From an uncultured Candidatus Rokubacteria bacterium (GTDB lineage: Bacteria > Methylomirabilota > Methylomirabilia > Rokubacteriales > CSP1-6): a stretch of DNA of 64,000 bases. Positions 11,033 to 19,697 of the stretch are shown here, in pieces. Below the pieces are notes generated by a model. It saw only the letters and a program-made list of their open reading frames with translations. It was not told the origin of the DNA and searched no databases. The position numbers and the translations under genes were made by a program. The DNA lies in NCBI GenBank assembly GCA_963762145.1, contig CAVXJS010000009.1, positions 256,001 to 320,000 of the forward strand, read 5' to 3'. How positions within the stretch are numbered: position 1 is the stretch's first letter; each line of letters starts with the position of its first letter.

Positions 11033-11835
11033 GGCATTCCCGTATCCGCTCGCCTCGTCTTCGGCTGCGGCTCGCCGTGCCGGTAATCCTCGGCGCGGTC
11101 CTCGGGGACGTAGCCCAGCACCGCCCGCGCATGCTCGATGTCGCGGTAGCCCCACTTGTTCGACGAGGTGATGAAGAACACGTCGAAGCGCACCCGGTCC
11201 GGCGCGGCCAGCGCGCGCTCGATCGCCTGGGCGATGTCGCGCCGGCTGCACCAGACCGAGAACTCGCGCGGCTTCACCGGCCGGTCCGCTTCGCTCACGT
11301 GGCCGATCCGCAGGCAGATCATCGACATGGGGGTGGTGTCGGCGAAGTGACGCGCGAGCGCCTCGCCCCAGACCTTGCTGCAGCCGTAGAGGCCGCTCGG
11401 GCGCATCGGCGACTCGTGGGTGAGCATGGGCCACTCCGCGACTTCATCGTAGCGGCCGGCCGCGAGCGCCGCGTAGGGCTCGTCGGTCTCGATGCGGCTC
11501 ACGGTGGCGCCGCTGCTCGCGTAGATCACCCGCTTCACCGAGGCCCGGCGCGCTGCCTCGAAGACGTTGTAGGTGCCGACCACGTTGTCGCGCAGCACCG
11601 CGTCCCACCCCGGCGTGCCCCCGGCGTCGGACACGTTGGCGGCCAGGTGCACGACCGCGTCCACGTCGCGGAAGGCGGGCGCGATGGCGTCGAGGTCGCC
11701 GATATCGGCCCGATGCGTCTCGACGCCCGCGACCGGGCGCCGGTTGAGCGCTCGCAGCGCCCAGCGCCCCTCGAGGCGCGCGCGCACCGCGCTGCCGATG
11801 AGGCCGCTCATGCCCGTGACCAGGACCCGGCGCAT
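11029..11835 (-). CDS. NAD-dependent epimerase/dehydratase (uronate dehydrogenase-like)
   Basis: VLVTGMSGLIG, VVHLAA, YASS, YGCSK, CLRIG. Confidence 0.85.
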   Translation of the reverse strand: MRRVLVTGMSGLIGSAVRARLEGRWALRALNRRPVAGVETHRADIGDLDAIAPAFRDVDAVVHLAANVSDAGGTPGWDAVLRDNVVGTYNVFEAARRASVKRVIYASSGATVSRIETDEPYAALAAGRYDEVAEWPMLTHESPMRPSGLYGCSKVWGEALARHFADTTPMSMICLRIGHVSEADRPVKPREFSVWCSRRDIAQAIERALAAPDRVRFDVFFITSSNKWGYRDIEHARAVLGYVPEDRAEDYRHGEPQPKTRRADTGMP

Positions 11836-11931
11836 GGCGAGCACCATACCATGCCGCCGCGGCCGGAGCCGGGGCGCGCGCTTGACCGCGCCACCGGCCG
11901 CGGCTACAGTCCCGACCGGGAGGACACCGCC

Positions 11932-12705
11932 ATGCTCGATCTGGGTCTCACCGGGAAGGTCGCCATCGTCACCGGAGGCAGCGAGGGCCTCGGCCGCGCC
12001 ACCGCCATGCGGCTCGCCGCCGAGGGCGCGCACGTCGTGATCTGCGCGCGCCGCAAGGACGTGCTGGAGCGCGCCGCCGAGGACGTCCGCCGCCAGACCG
12101 GCGTGCAGGTGCTGGCCCTGCCCGCCGACGTCACCCGCGCCGCCGACGTGGACGCGGTGGTCAGCGCGGCGCTCGGCACCTACGGAGGCGTGGACATCCT
12201 GGTCAACAACGCGGGCACCTCCTCCGCGGCGAGCTTCGAGAAGGTGGACGACGCGACGTGGGAGGCCGACATCCAGGTCAAGCTCATGGCCGCGGTCCGG
12301 TTCTGCCGGCTCGTGATCCCGCAGATGAAGACGCGCGGCGGCGGCCGCATCATCAACGTGACCACCGTGGGCGGCAAGGCCCCCGCGGCCCGCGCTCTGC
12401 CCACCAGCGTGACGCGCGCGGCCGGCATCAACCTGACCAAGTCACTGGCCAACGAGTACGCGCCCGACCGCATCCTGGTGAACACGATCTGCCTGGGCCT
12501 CGTGAAGAGCGCGCAGTGGGAGCGCCGGGCCAAGGGCGCCGATCTGGAAGGTTACTACCGCGAGGCCGCGAAACGCATCCCGATCGGCCGCATGGGGGAA
12601 GCCGAGGAGTTCGCCGACCTGGTGGCGTTTCTCGTCTCCGACCGCGCCGCCTACATCACCGGCACGGCGATCAACTTCGACGGCGGGATGTCGGCCGCGT
12701 TCTAG
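11932..12705 (+). CDS. Short-chain dehydrogenase/reductase
   Basis: VTGGSEGLG, ILVNNAG, ITGTAINFDGG; RBS GGAGG upstream. Confidence 0.9.
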   Translation: MLDLGLTGKVAIVTGGSEGLGRATAMRLAAEGAHVVICARRKDVLERAAEDVRRQTGVQVLALPADVTRAADVDAVVSAALGTYGGVDILVNNAGTSSAASFEKVDDATWEADIQVKLMAAVRFCRLVIPQMKTRGGGRIINVTTVGGKAPAARALPTSVTRAAGINLTKSLANEYAPDRILVNTICLGLVKSAQWERRAKGADLEGYYREAAKRIPIGRMGEAEEFADLVAFLVSDRAAYITGTAINFDGGMSAAF

Positions 12706-12828
12706 AAGGCCGAGAAGGGCCCATCTGCTTCGTTGGGGCCCTCGGTCAGGCGCTCAACGTACAGGGAGTACGCCTCGCGCCTGACCTTCGGGCCCCGCCT
12801 CGCAGCTGGACCCTTCTCGCCCTTCTAG
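12702..12828. repeat. ~127-bp structured intergenic element flanked by CTAG (copy 1)
   Basis: Long imperfect hairpin; homologous to 49017-49142 with compensatory stem changes. Confidence 0.85.
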
Positions 12829-13793
12829 GCCTGCTGGATGGCGGAGAGCTTGAAGGGGCCGGGGCCGACGGGGCGGACGAACGTCCAGTACTCCTCGAAC
12901 TTCACCGGCTCCGTGCGGCTGCCCTCGAGCACGCGGGCTCCGCTCTCGTCGGTGGTGTAGTCGAGCAGGCTCGCCAGGAAGTGCACGGTCACGTAGTCCT
13001 GGCCGGTCTCCTGCCAGGCCTCGGTGACCTCGGCGGTGCGCACCGCGATGTTCTCGAGCCGGTTGATCTTCTGCTCCGCCCGCAGCCGGTCGCAGTCCCG
13101 CTGGAGCTGCGCCTGCATCTCCGGCGTGAGGTGGGCCGAGACGGTCCGGAGGTCGCGCGCCGTCCACGCGCCCTGGATCTTGAAGAAGACGTCGGAGGCG
13201 GCCTCCGCGACCACGCGTGGATCGAAGCTCCCGTCCATCTGGCGAAGATGACCGATCCCGCGCTCGAGATCGGTCGGGCCGGTCGCGGGCTCCACCGTGG
13301 CGGTGCCGCCACCCGAGGCCGCGGCCCCGTAGCGGGCCGCCATCCCGGCGTCATCGCGGGTACCGGGCCCGCCGTAGCCCCCGCCCGCCATCGCATACCC
13401 TGAGGGCGCGGCCGCGGCCTGGCGGCGCCGCATGTAGGAGATCGCGAACCACGCCAGCGCGGCGACGATCAGGATCTCCATCAGCCCGATGCCGCTGCCG
13501 AAGCCGCCGCCGAAGAGCAGCCCACCCAGCAGGCCGCCCAGCAGCAGACCACCCAGCATCCCCCCCATCATGCCGCCCCAGCCCGACCGCGGCTGCGACG
13601 GGGCCATCGCCGGCGAGGAGGGCTGGCTCGGTGAGACCGGGCTCGCGCCCGGCCTGGCCGGAGAGGAGTAGCTGCGGGAGCCGCGGCTTCCGCTCGAGCT
13701 GCCGCCGCCCGCACGAGCCCATGCTTCGGTCACGGAGAGCACGGGCATGATCGCCAGCGCTATCAGAACGGCCAGAGCCAGGGTCCGCTTCAT
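12825..13793 (-). CDS. Tim44-like domain membrane protein
   Basis: Signal peptide, GGGSSSGSRGSRSYS, Gly-rich TM segment, C-terminal FFKIQGAW...FEEYWTF domain. Confidence 0.88.
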   Translation of the reverse strand: MKRTLALAVLIALAIMPVLSVTEAWARAGGGSSSGSRGSRSYSSPARPGASPVSPSQPSSPAMAPSQPRSGWGGMMGGMLGGLLLGGLLGGLLFGGGFGSGIGLMEILIVAALAWFAISYMRRRQAAAAPSGYAMAGGGYGGPGTRDDAGMAARYGAAASGGGTATVEPATGPTDLERGIGHLRQMDGSFDPRVVAEAASDVFFKIQGAWTARDLRTVSAHLTPEMQAQLQRDCDRLRAEQKINRLENIAVRTAEVTEAWQETGQDYVTVHFLASLLDYTTDESGARVLEGSRTEPVKFEEYWTFVRPVGPGPFKLSAIQQA

Positions 13794-13924
13794 CGCGTGC
13801 CTCCTCGGGATAGGGTGTCGGGCTTGGGGATCGCTACGGGCACAGTATACGCGGAACTTTCCTCCCGTGCTCCGGTCTAAGCGGGCAATCCATTGCCCCG
13901 CCCCGAGCGGGCCCGGAGGAGATC

Positions 13925-14968
13925 ATGAACCCAGCTCGACGCTCGTTCCTCACGCTGCTCGCCACCGGCGGCGCGGTCGCCGCCACCCCTGCCCTCGCCC
14001 GGGCCGACCGGCCGCGCGTCCTGCACGGCGCGAGCGGCGACCCCTCCGCCTCGCTCGGCGGGGGCCGCAGCCCCGAGCTCGAACGGGCGCTGGGTGGGCT
14101 GATCCTGGGCCCGGCGGCGGTCCAGGGCGGCCTCGCGGTGCTGTGGCTACTGGCCAGGGATCTCGCGGGCCGGCCGCCGCTCGAGATCCTGACGCTCGAC
14201 GAGAGCCGCGCCCGCGGCGTCCTCACCGTGCTCGAGCGCCCGCAGGCCAGCGTGCCGGACCTGATCGCGGAGAACCGCGGCAAGACCCACGTGCTGCTCC
14301 TGGCCGGCGAGATCCTGATCGGAGGGAAGCAGAACCGCGTGCTGCGCGAGGACCTGCTCCTGCCGCCGCACAGCGGGCCGCGGAACATCGCGGTGTACTG
14401 CGTGGAGCAGGGCCGCTGGAACGAGGGCCGCAAGGACTTCGAGAGCCGGGGCAGCGTGGTACAGCCGAGCGTCCGCTCCCAGGTTCTCCAGAAAGCCGAG
14501 CAATCGCGGATCTGGTCGGGCGTCGCGGCGGCCTCGCGCAGCGTGGCGGCGCCCTCGGCGACGGGCAGCTACCAGGCCATCTACGACAAGCCCGAGGTCA
14601 AGGCGCATCTCGAGCACACGACCCGGAGCTTCGAGCCCGCGGTGGCCCCCACCGCGGTCGGCGCCGCCGTCTTCGTGGGGCCGAACCTGGCCGGCGTGGA
14701 CTGCTTCCACGCGCCCGGCCTCTTCGCGCGCGAGTGGCCCAAGCTGCTGCGCGCCTATGCGCTCGACGCCTACGGGACCGCCGCGGGCGCGTGGGACGAG
14801 GCGGCCGGGCGGGCGCGCGCCGACGGCCTCCTGCGCGCCGCCGCGCGCGTCGACGGCGGTACGCGCGGGAGCGTGGGGGTCGGGCGGCTCTTCGAGTTCG
14901 CCCTGGACGGCCGGCGCGGGGCCGCCCTGCTCTTCGAGGGCCAGGCGATCCATGTCGCGATCCTGTGA
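13925..14968 (+). CDS. Tat-exported ARPP-1/DUF6569-like protein
   Basis: RRSFL Tat motif; LLAGEILIGGKQNRVL and YCVEQGRW motifs. Confidence 0.7.
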   Translation: MNPARRSFLTLLATGGAVAATPALARADRPRVLHGASGDPSASLGGGRSPELERALGGLILGPAAVQGGLAVLWLLARDLAGRPPLEILTLDESRARGVLTVLERPQASVPDLIAENRGKTHVLLLAGEILIGGKQNRVLREDLLLPPHSGPRNIAVYCVEQGRWNEGRKDFESRGSVVQPSVRSQVLQKAEQSRIWSGVAAASRSVAAPSATGSYQAIYDKPEVKAHLEHTTRSFEPAVAPTAVGAAVFVGPNLAGVDCFHAPGLFAREWPKLLRAYALDAYGTAAGAWDEAAGRARADGLLRAAARVDGGTRGSVGVGRLFEFALDGRRGAALLFEGQAIHVAIL

Positions 14969-15083
14969 GCGGCGGGCGACGGCTTGGGCCGTCGCGGCCC
15001 GCCCGCGTATGATGCGGCCACGCACCGAGCCGCGCGCGGGGCCGGGCCCGCCGCGATTCGGGCGGCCAAGGAGGCCACACACG

Positions 15084-15653
15084 ATGGCGGCGAGATTGCC
15101 CTACCTCGATCGGGCGCAGGTCGGGCCCGAGCTGCAGCCGGTCTTCGACACGCTCCAGAAGGCGAGCGGGCGCGTGCTCAACTTCTACCGGCTCATGGCG
15201 CACCACGCGCGGTCGGTGGCGCCGTTCCTCGCCTGGTACCCGCAGCTCCGCGAGGGCGCGCTCGACCTCAAGCTCCGCTATCTGGCCTACGTCCGCGCGT
15301 CGCAGCTCAACCGGTGCCGCTACTGCGTCACCCACAACGGGGCCGCCGCGCGGCGCGTCGGCGTCTCCCGGGAGCAGCTCGACGCGCTCGCCGAATGGCC
15401 GACGAGCCCGCTCTTCTCCGAGCTCGAGCGCCTCGTGCTGGGCTACGCGGAGGAGATGACCCTCCGCGTCCAGGTGAGCCCGACGCTGGTGGAGACGCTC
15501 CGGAAGCACCTCGACCCCGAGGCGCTGGTCCAGCTCACCCTCTCGATCGCCGCGGCGAACTTCACCAACCGCTTCAACGAGGCGCTCGGCACCGAGCTCG
15601 AGGTCGAGGAGGGCCGCTCGGCGCCTTCCGCGGCGCCCCGCCCCGCCGGGTGA
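15084..15653 (+). CDS. Carboxymuconolactone decarboxylase / AhpD-like protein
   Basis: SQLNRCRYCVTHN CxxC-H motif, NFTNRFN; RBS AAGGAGG. Confidence 0.85.
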   Translation: MAARLPYLDRAQVGPELQPVFDTLQKASGRVLNFYRLMAHHARSVAPFLAWYPQLREGALDLKLRYLAYVRASQLNRCRYCVTHNGAAARRVGVSREQLDALAEWPTSPLFSELERLVLGYAEEMTLRVQVSPTLVETLRKHLDPEALVQLTLSIAAANFTNRFNEALGTELEVEEGRSAPSAAPRPAG

Positions 15654-16171
15654 GCGCGCCTCGTCACTGCCAGCGGTGTGGCGGCCGACTGCGGTCCACG
15701 CGCCAGGACGGCTTCCGACGGTGGCGATGCCCGCGCTGCGGCTGGATGTTCTACAACAACCCGGTGCCCGCCACGGTGGCCATCGTGGTCGGGCCGCGAG
15801 GCATCCTCCTGTGCCGACGGGCGGCCGAGCCCTACGCGGGCTACTGGGACCTGGCCGGCGGCTTCCTCGAGGCGGACGAGACGCCGGAGCGCGGGCTGCG
15901 CCGCGAGCTGCGCGAGGAGCTCGGCGCGCGCGTTCAGCGCGCGCGCTTCCGCGGCTTCGTGCCGGATCGGTACGGCCGCGGCGGCTTCCCGGTGCTGGGC
16001 ATCGTCTACGAGGTGCGCGTGGCGGGACGGATCACCCCGGGGAGCGACGTGATCGAGGTGCGCTGGGTGAAGCGCGACGCGATCCCGTGGCGGCGGCTCG
16101 GCTTCGCCTCGATCCGCCGGGCGCTCCGCGACTACTTGCGGGGCGGAGACCAGAAGAGCACGTTGCGGTGA
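15650..16171 (+). CDS. NUDIX hydrolase with N-terminal Zn ribbon
   Basis: HCQRCG...CPRCG, YNNP, GGFLEADETPERGLRRELREELG Nudix box. Confidence 0.88.
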   Translation: MSAPRHCQRCGGRLRSTRQDGFRRWRCPRCGWMFYNNPVPATVAIVVGPRGILLCRRAAEPYAGYWDLAGGFLEADETPERGLRRELREELGARVQRARFRGFVPDRYGRGGFPVLGIVYEVRVAGRITPGSDVIEVRWVKRDAIPWRRLGFASIRRALRDYLRGGDQKSTLR

Positions 16172-16617
16172 GCCGGCTCGTGCGGTAGCACGAGCACCAG
16201 GTTGCGCGTGAGATGGCCGAACGCGGCCACCGCGGCCAGCGCGAGCACGAGACCGCCCACCGGCAGCGGCACGGCGGCGCCGCCCGCGCCCCAGAACCGC
16301 CACGCGAGCCCGGCCAGGACGGCGCCCAGCCCCAGGGTGGACTCGAGACACGCGCGCAGCTCGCCGGGATGCGGATCGGCCGTCGGCTCGCGCGACGCCT
16401 CCAGGGCCAGTCGCGCCAGGTCGCGCGCGAGGCCCGCGCCGAGCAGCACCACGCCCGCGCACACGAGCATCATCGGCCGGGTCAGCGCGATCTGCCGCTC
16501 CGGCCACGCCACGAGCAGGACCACACCCGTCGCGAGCGCGGCCAGATCCAGGACGCGCTCGACCCGTGCGATGCGTGCCTCCATGAGATCCATGAGATCC
16601 ATGCTGGCACAGAGCAA
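16132..16617 (-). CDS. Hypothetical membrane protein (~4 TM)
   Basis: Four hydrophobic segments; start uncertain. Confidence 0.55.
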   Translation of the reverse strand: MLCASMDLMDLMEARIARVERVLDLAALATGVVLLVAWPERQIALTRPMMLVCAGVVLLGAGLARDLARLALEASREPTADPHPGELRACLESTLGLGAVLAGLAWRFWGAGGAAVPLPVGGLVLALAAVAAFGHLTRNLVLVLPHEPAHRNVLFWSPPRK

Positions 16618-16726
16618 CCCTTGCGCTGTCCGAAGTCTGACGGCGCTGCCGTCGCGCTGACGTACCCCGGGACGACGGGGTCGCGTCTATTCCCTGTAAT
16701 TCCAAGTCCTTGCGACGTATCGGGGG

Positions 16727-16741
16727 TGGCATGCCCCATGC
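16727..16741 (+). promoter_or_regulatory. Possible sigma-54 promoter
   Basis: TGGCAT-N5-ATGC upstream of 16804. Confidence 0.35.
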
Positions 16742-16803
16742 GATGAAGGCGGCACCGGAGCACGACGGCGCGAGCCGATCCGAGACGGGCAAAGGAGCAA
16801 CCC

Positions 16804-17025
16804 ATGGCGCAGACCGAGGATGTCCTGGCCGAGTACGTCGAGCGGCTGTTCGAGAAGGCGAGCTTGCTGAGCCTCGCGGTGCTGGGTCACGGCCAGCTGC
16901 TGGAGAATGGCTGCCTGCGTCCAGACGGCAACCGCCTGGATCAGCTCCAGTCGCTGGCCACCGAGCTGGAGTTCGGCCTCGGCATGATCCACGATCGGCT
17001 CACCGAGCGCGGGGAGCTCGCCTGA
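16804..17025 (+). CDS. Small hypothetical protein
   Basis: Good RBS (AAAGGAG), protein-like composition. Confidence 0.6.
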   Translation: MAQTEDVLAEYVERLFEKASLLSLAVLGHGQLLENGCLRPDGNRLDQLQSLATELEFGLGMIHDRLTERGELA

Positions 17026-17039
17026 GCGCCCAGCTCGTC

Positions 17040-17621
17040 ATGCGCTCGCGCGTCGCGCGCGTCCTCGCGCTGACTCTCGCGCTGCTCCCCCTCGGCTGCG
17101 CGCGCCCCATCGAGCCGGCCCGCGTGGCCGCGGTCCCGGTGGCCGCTCCCGCGCCCGTGGCCACCCCACCGCCCGCGCCCACCTGGCCGGACGCGGCGCC
17201 CGCGCCCGACCTCCCCACCTCCGAGGCCGCCAGCGAGACCTTCGCCGCGCGCGCGGAGCTGCCCGACGTGCACTTCGCCTCGGGCGAGATCCACGCGGAC
17301 CGCCGCGACCTCCCGGCGCTCGACGCGGCGGCGGCCTGGCTCAGGGCCAACCCGTCCCAGCTCGTGATCGTGGAGGGCTACACCGACGCGGTCGGGCCGC
17401 GCGCCGCCAACCTGGCGCTGGCCCAGCGTCGCGCGCGGTGGGTGATGGAGTACCTCGTGGCCAAGGGCGTGGCCGCCGGGCGGATCACCGCGGTGGCGCG
17501 CGGGGAGAGCGGCACCGTGTGCGCCGATCGGTCCGCGGGCTGCCAGCACCGCAACCGACGCGTGCACTTCCTGGCCCGCGAGAGCGGACCGCTCCAGCTC
17601 AGCGCGTCGCCCAGCCCCTGA
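17040..17621 (+). CDS. OmpA/Pal-like peptidoglycan-associated lipoprotein
   Basis: Lipobox LPLGC, Pro/Ala linker, VEGYTD..G...N..LAQRRA, NRRVHF. Confidence 0.85.
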   Translation: MRSRVARVLALTLALLPLGCARPIEPARVAAVPVAAPAPVATPPPAPTWPDAAPAPDLPTSEAASETFAARAELPDVHFASGEIHADRRDLPALDAAAAWLRANPSQLVIVEGYTDAVGPRAANLALAQRRARWVMEYLVAKGVAAGRITAVARGESGTVCADRSAGCQHRNRRVHFLARESGPLQLSASPSP

Positions 17622-18555
17622 GGCAGGCGAGCGCGTCCTCGCGGCCGCGCTCGAGCGCCCGCGCGATGCCCGCCTGATCGAAGTCGAGCGGCCGCAGCGC
17701 GAGCGGCGCCGACGGTTGCAGCAGGTGGATCTCCACCCCCGGAAACTTGAGACGCGCCAGCTCCACGTCCCGCCGGATCTGGTGGATCATCCCCATCTCG
17801 AACGCTTCCTCCAGCGCGCGGCGCATGGTGGTGGGCGGCGCGCCGTGCTCATCCGGCGCGTAGCTCATCACCACCACCGCCCGCGCCACCCCCGGCTCCG
17901 CCGCGAGCGCCTCCAGCACCGGCGCGCGGCCGGTCAGGCCGCCGTCCACGAGCAGCGCGCCGCCCACGTCCACCGCGGGGAACGCGCCCGGCACCGCCGC
18001 CGCCGCCATCAGGGCCTCGCGGGTGATGGTCCGGTTGTCGAAGAGGCGCGCCTCGCGGCGGGCCAGGTCGCTCGTGATCACGAGAAGCCGCATGGACGAG
18101 GCGCGGACCCGCTCCAGGTCGAGGGAAGCGTCGATCAGCTCCCGCAGAGGCTGCGGGTCGAAGAGCGAGCCGGCGCCATTCAGCGCGAGCAGGGTGAGCC
18201 AGCCCGGCAGCAGGCCCGCGAAGAGCACCCGGGTGCGGAGCGAGTAGACGCGATCGCGCGAGAGGCCGCGCCACAGCGTCTCCAGACGCTCCATGCGGCC
18301 GTCGGCGATCATGGCCGCATTCAGCGCGCCCGCGGAAGAGCCGGCCACCAGCCGGATCGGCAGGCCACGCTCCACGAAGACGGCCGCGACCCCCGCCTCG
18401 TAGGCGCCCTTGGCGCCCCCGCCCGAGAGCACCAGCACGGTGGGCACGTCGAGCGGCCGCGTGGATGGCGCGCAGGCGGAGGCCGCCCCCGCGCCCAGCA
18501 GGAAGCCGAGGAGCGCGAGGGCGACGCCCCGCGCGGTCGTGGCGCGTGGAAGCAT
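17599..18555 (-). CDS. Patatin-like phospholipase
   Basis: LSGGGAKG, GSSAG, VDGG motifs. Confidence 0.9.
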   Translation of the reverse strand: MLPRATTARGVALALLGFLLGAGAASACAPSTRPLDVPTVLVLSGGGAKGAYEAGVAAVFVERGLPIRLVAGSSAGALNAAMIADGRMERLETLWRGLSRDRVYSLRTRVLFAGLLPGWLTLLALNGAGSLFDPQPLRELIDASLDLERVRASSMRLLVITSDLARREARLFDNRTITREALMAAAAVPGAFPAVDVGGALLVDGGLTGRAPVLEALAAEPGVARAVVVMSYAPDEHGAPPTTMRRALEEAFEMGMIHQIRRDVELARLKFPGVEIHLLQPSAPLALRPLDFDQAGIARALERGREDALACLRGWATR

Positions 18556-18611
18556 GGCCCGGCTCTTACAACGAGCCGGGCCTGCGCGTCAATGACGCGT
18601 CCGACCGCGGG

Positions 18612-18998
18612 CTAGCGGGCGGTCGCGAGCTCGGGCCGGCGATCCAGCGTCATCCGCACGCGCCGGCAGAGATACTCGGGGGTGAACGGCTTGGTGAGGA
18701 CCGGCCCCGCCAGGCTGAGCCCACTCGCGACGAGGTAGTCGCGGTCGTAGGCGGACATGTACACGACTTTCAAGCCGGGCAGGAGCGCGACGAGCCCGGC
18801 CGCGAGATCGCACCCGTTCATCCCGGGCATCACCACGTCGGACAGCAGCAAGTGGATCGGGCCCGGGTGCTCGGCCGCGACGCGGATCGCGTCCTGACCG
18901 TCGGCGGCCTCGAGCACGCGATATCCATCGCTGGCCAGCACGTCGCGGACCAGCACCCGCACCCACGGATCGTCGTCGACCACCAGGATGGTACGCAT
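18612..18998 (-). CDS. Single-domain response regulator
   Basis: ILVVDDD, LLSDVVMPGMNG, MSAY, KPF. Confidence 0.9.
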   Translation of the reverse strand: MRTILVVDDDPWVRVLVRDVLASDGYRVLEAADGQDAIRVAAEHPGPIHLLLSDVVMPGMNGCDLAAGLVALLPGLKVVYMSAYDRDYLVASGLSLAGPVLTKPFTPEYLCRRVRMTLDRRPELATAR

Positions 18999-19339
18999 CA
19001 GCTCGCCCTCCGGCGCCGGACACGGGCCGGCATCTTGGCGGGACCCGCCGCGAGGCGCGCGTCGCTCTCCGCGCGCTTCGCGCGCAGCCGCTCCAGCCAG
19101 AGCGGGCGGGGCATGGCGGCCACGCGCATTGCGCGGTCCACGTTGACGTTGCCGATCACGACGGGAGCCTTGTCCGCGCGCTCGCGGTTGAGCCAGGACT
19201 CGAGTGGATAGAACTCGACGCTGCCGCAGGTCGGGCAGTGCCTGAACATGGCCGAGTCGAACACGGTGTTGCAATCGAGCTCCATGCAAAGCTTCGCGTA
19301 GCGCAGATCCATGCGTGGCAGGTCTCGCTGGGAACTCAT
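18998..19339 (-). CDS. Small Zn-ribbon hypothetical protein coupled to the response regulator
   Basis: C-x4-C...CPTCGS; stop overlaps the response regulator start. Confidence 0.65.
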   Translation of the reverse strand: MSSQRDLPRMDLRYAKLCMELDCNTVFDSAMFRHCPTCGSVEFYPLESWLNRERADKAPVVIGNVNVDRAMRVAAMPRPLWLERLRAKRAESDARLAAGPAKMPARVRRRRAS

Positions 19340-19493
19340 CCGATCCTCCCGTGGTGGCAGTTGGCCCCACTATCTCTGTGACCAGGCAGGCCGGAAAGCT
19401 CGGCGCCGGTACAACCGGCCGGTGGAGAAGGGACCGACAAATTATCCCGGCCACCGCGCTTCCGACCTGCCTGATCCGTACGCGCTCCTAGGG

Positions 19494-19508
19494 GCAAGTC
19501 CTGTACCA
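19494..19508 (-). promoter_or_regulatory. Sigma-54 promoter
   Basis: TGGTAC-AGGAC-TTGC upstream of the Zn-ribbon/response regulator pair. Confidence 0.6.
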
Positions 19509-19697
19509 GAAGGGATGCGTCGTAGAATCAGCGGCTTGCCGACGGCCCACCGGAGCGAGTTCCCCCTCTCTTCCGTGGGTGGGCAAGGAACTACCCTATT
19601 GGTGGGTCGAGGCTTTCTCCGCACATTCTGCGGAGCGAAGAAAGCGCGCGCGGGCCGTCTTGACAGCGCGCGCACGCGCCCCGCATGATCTTCATGC

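Noticed and set aside
15084-15653. AhpD-like protein as a second selenoprotein
   Set aside because: CRYC is encoded by ordinary Cys codons; no internal TGA
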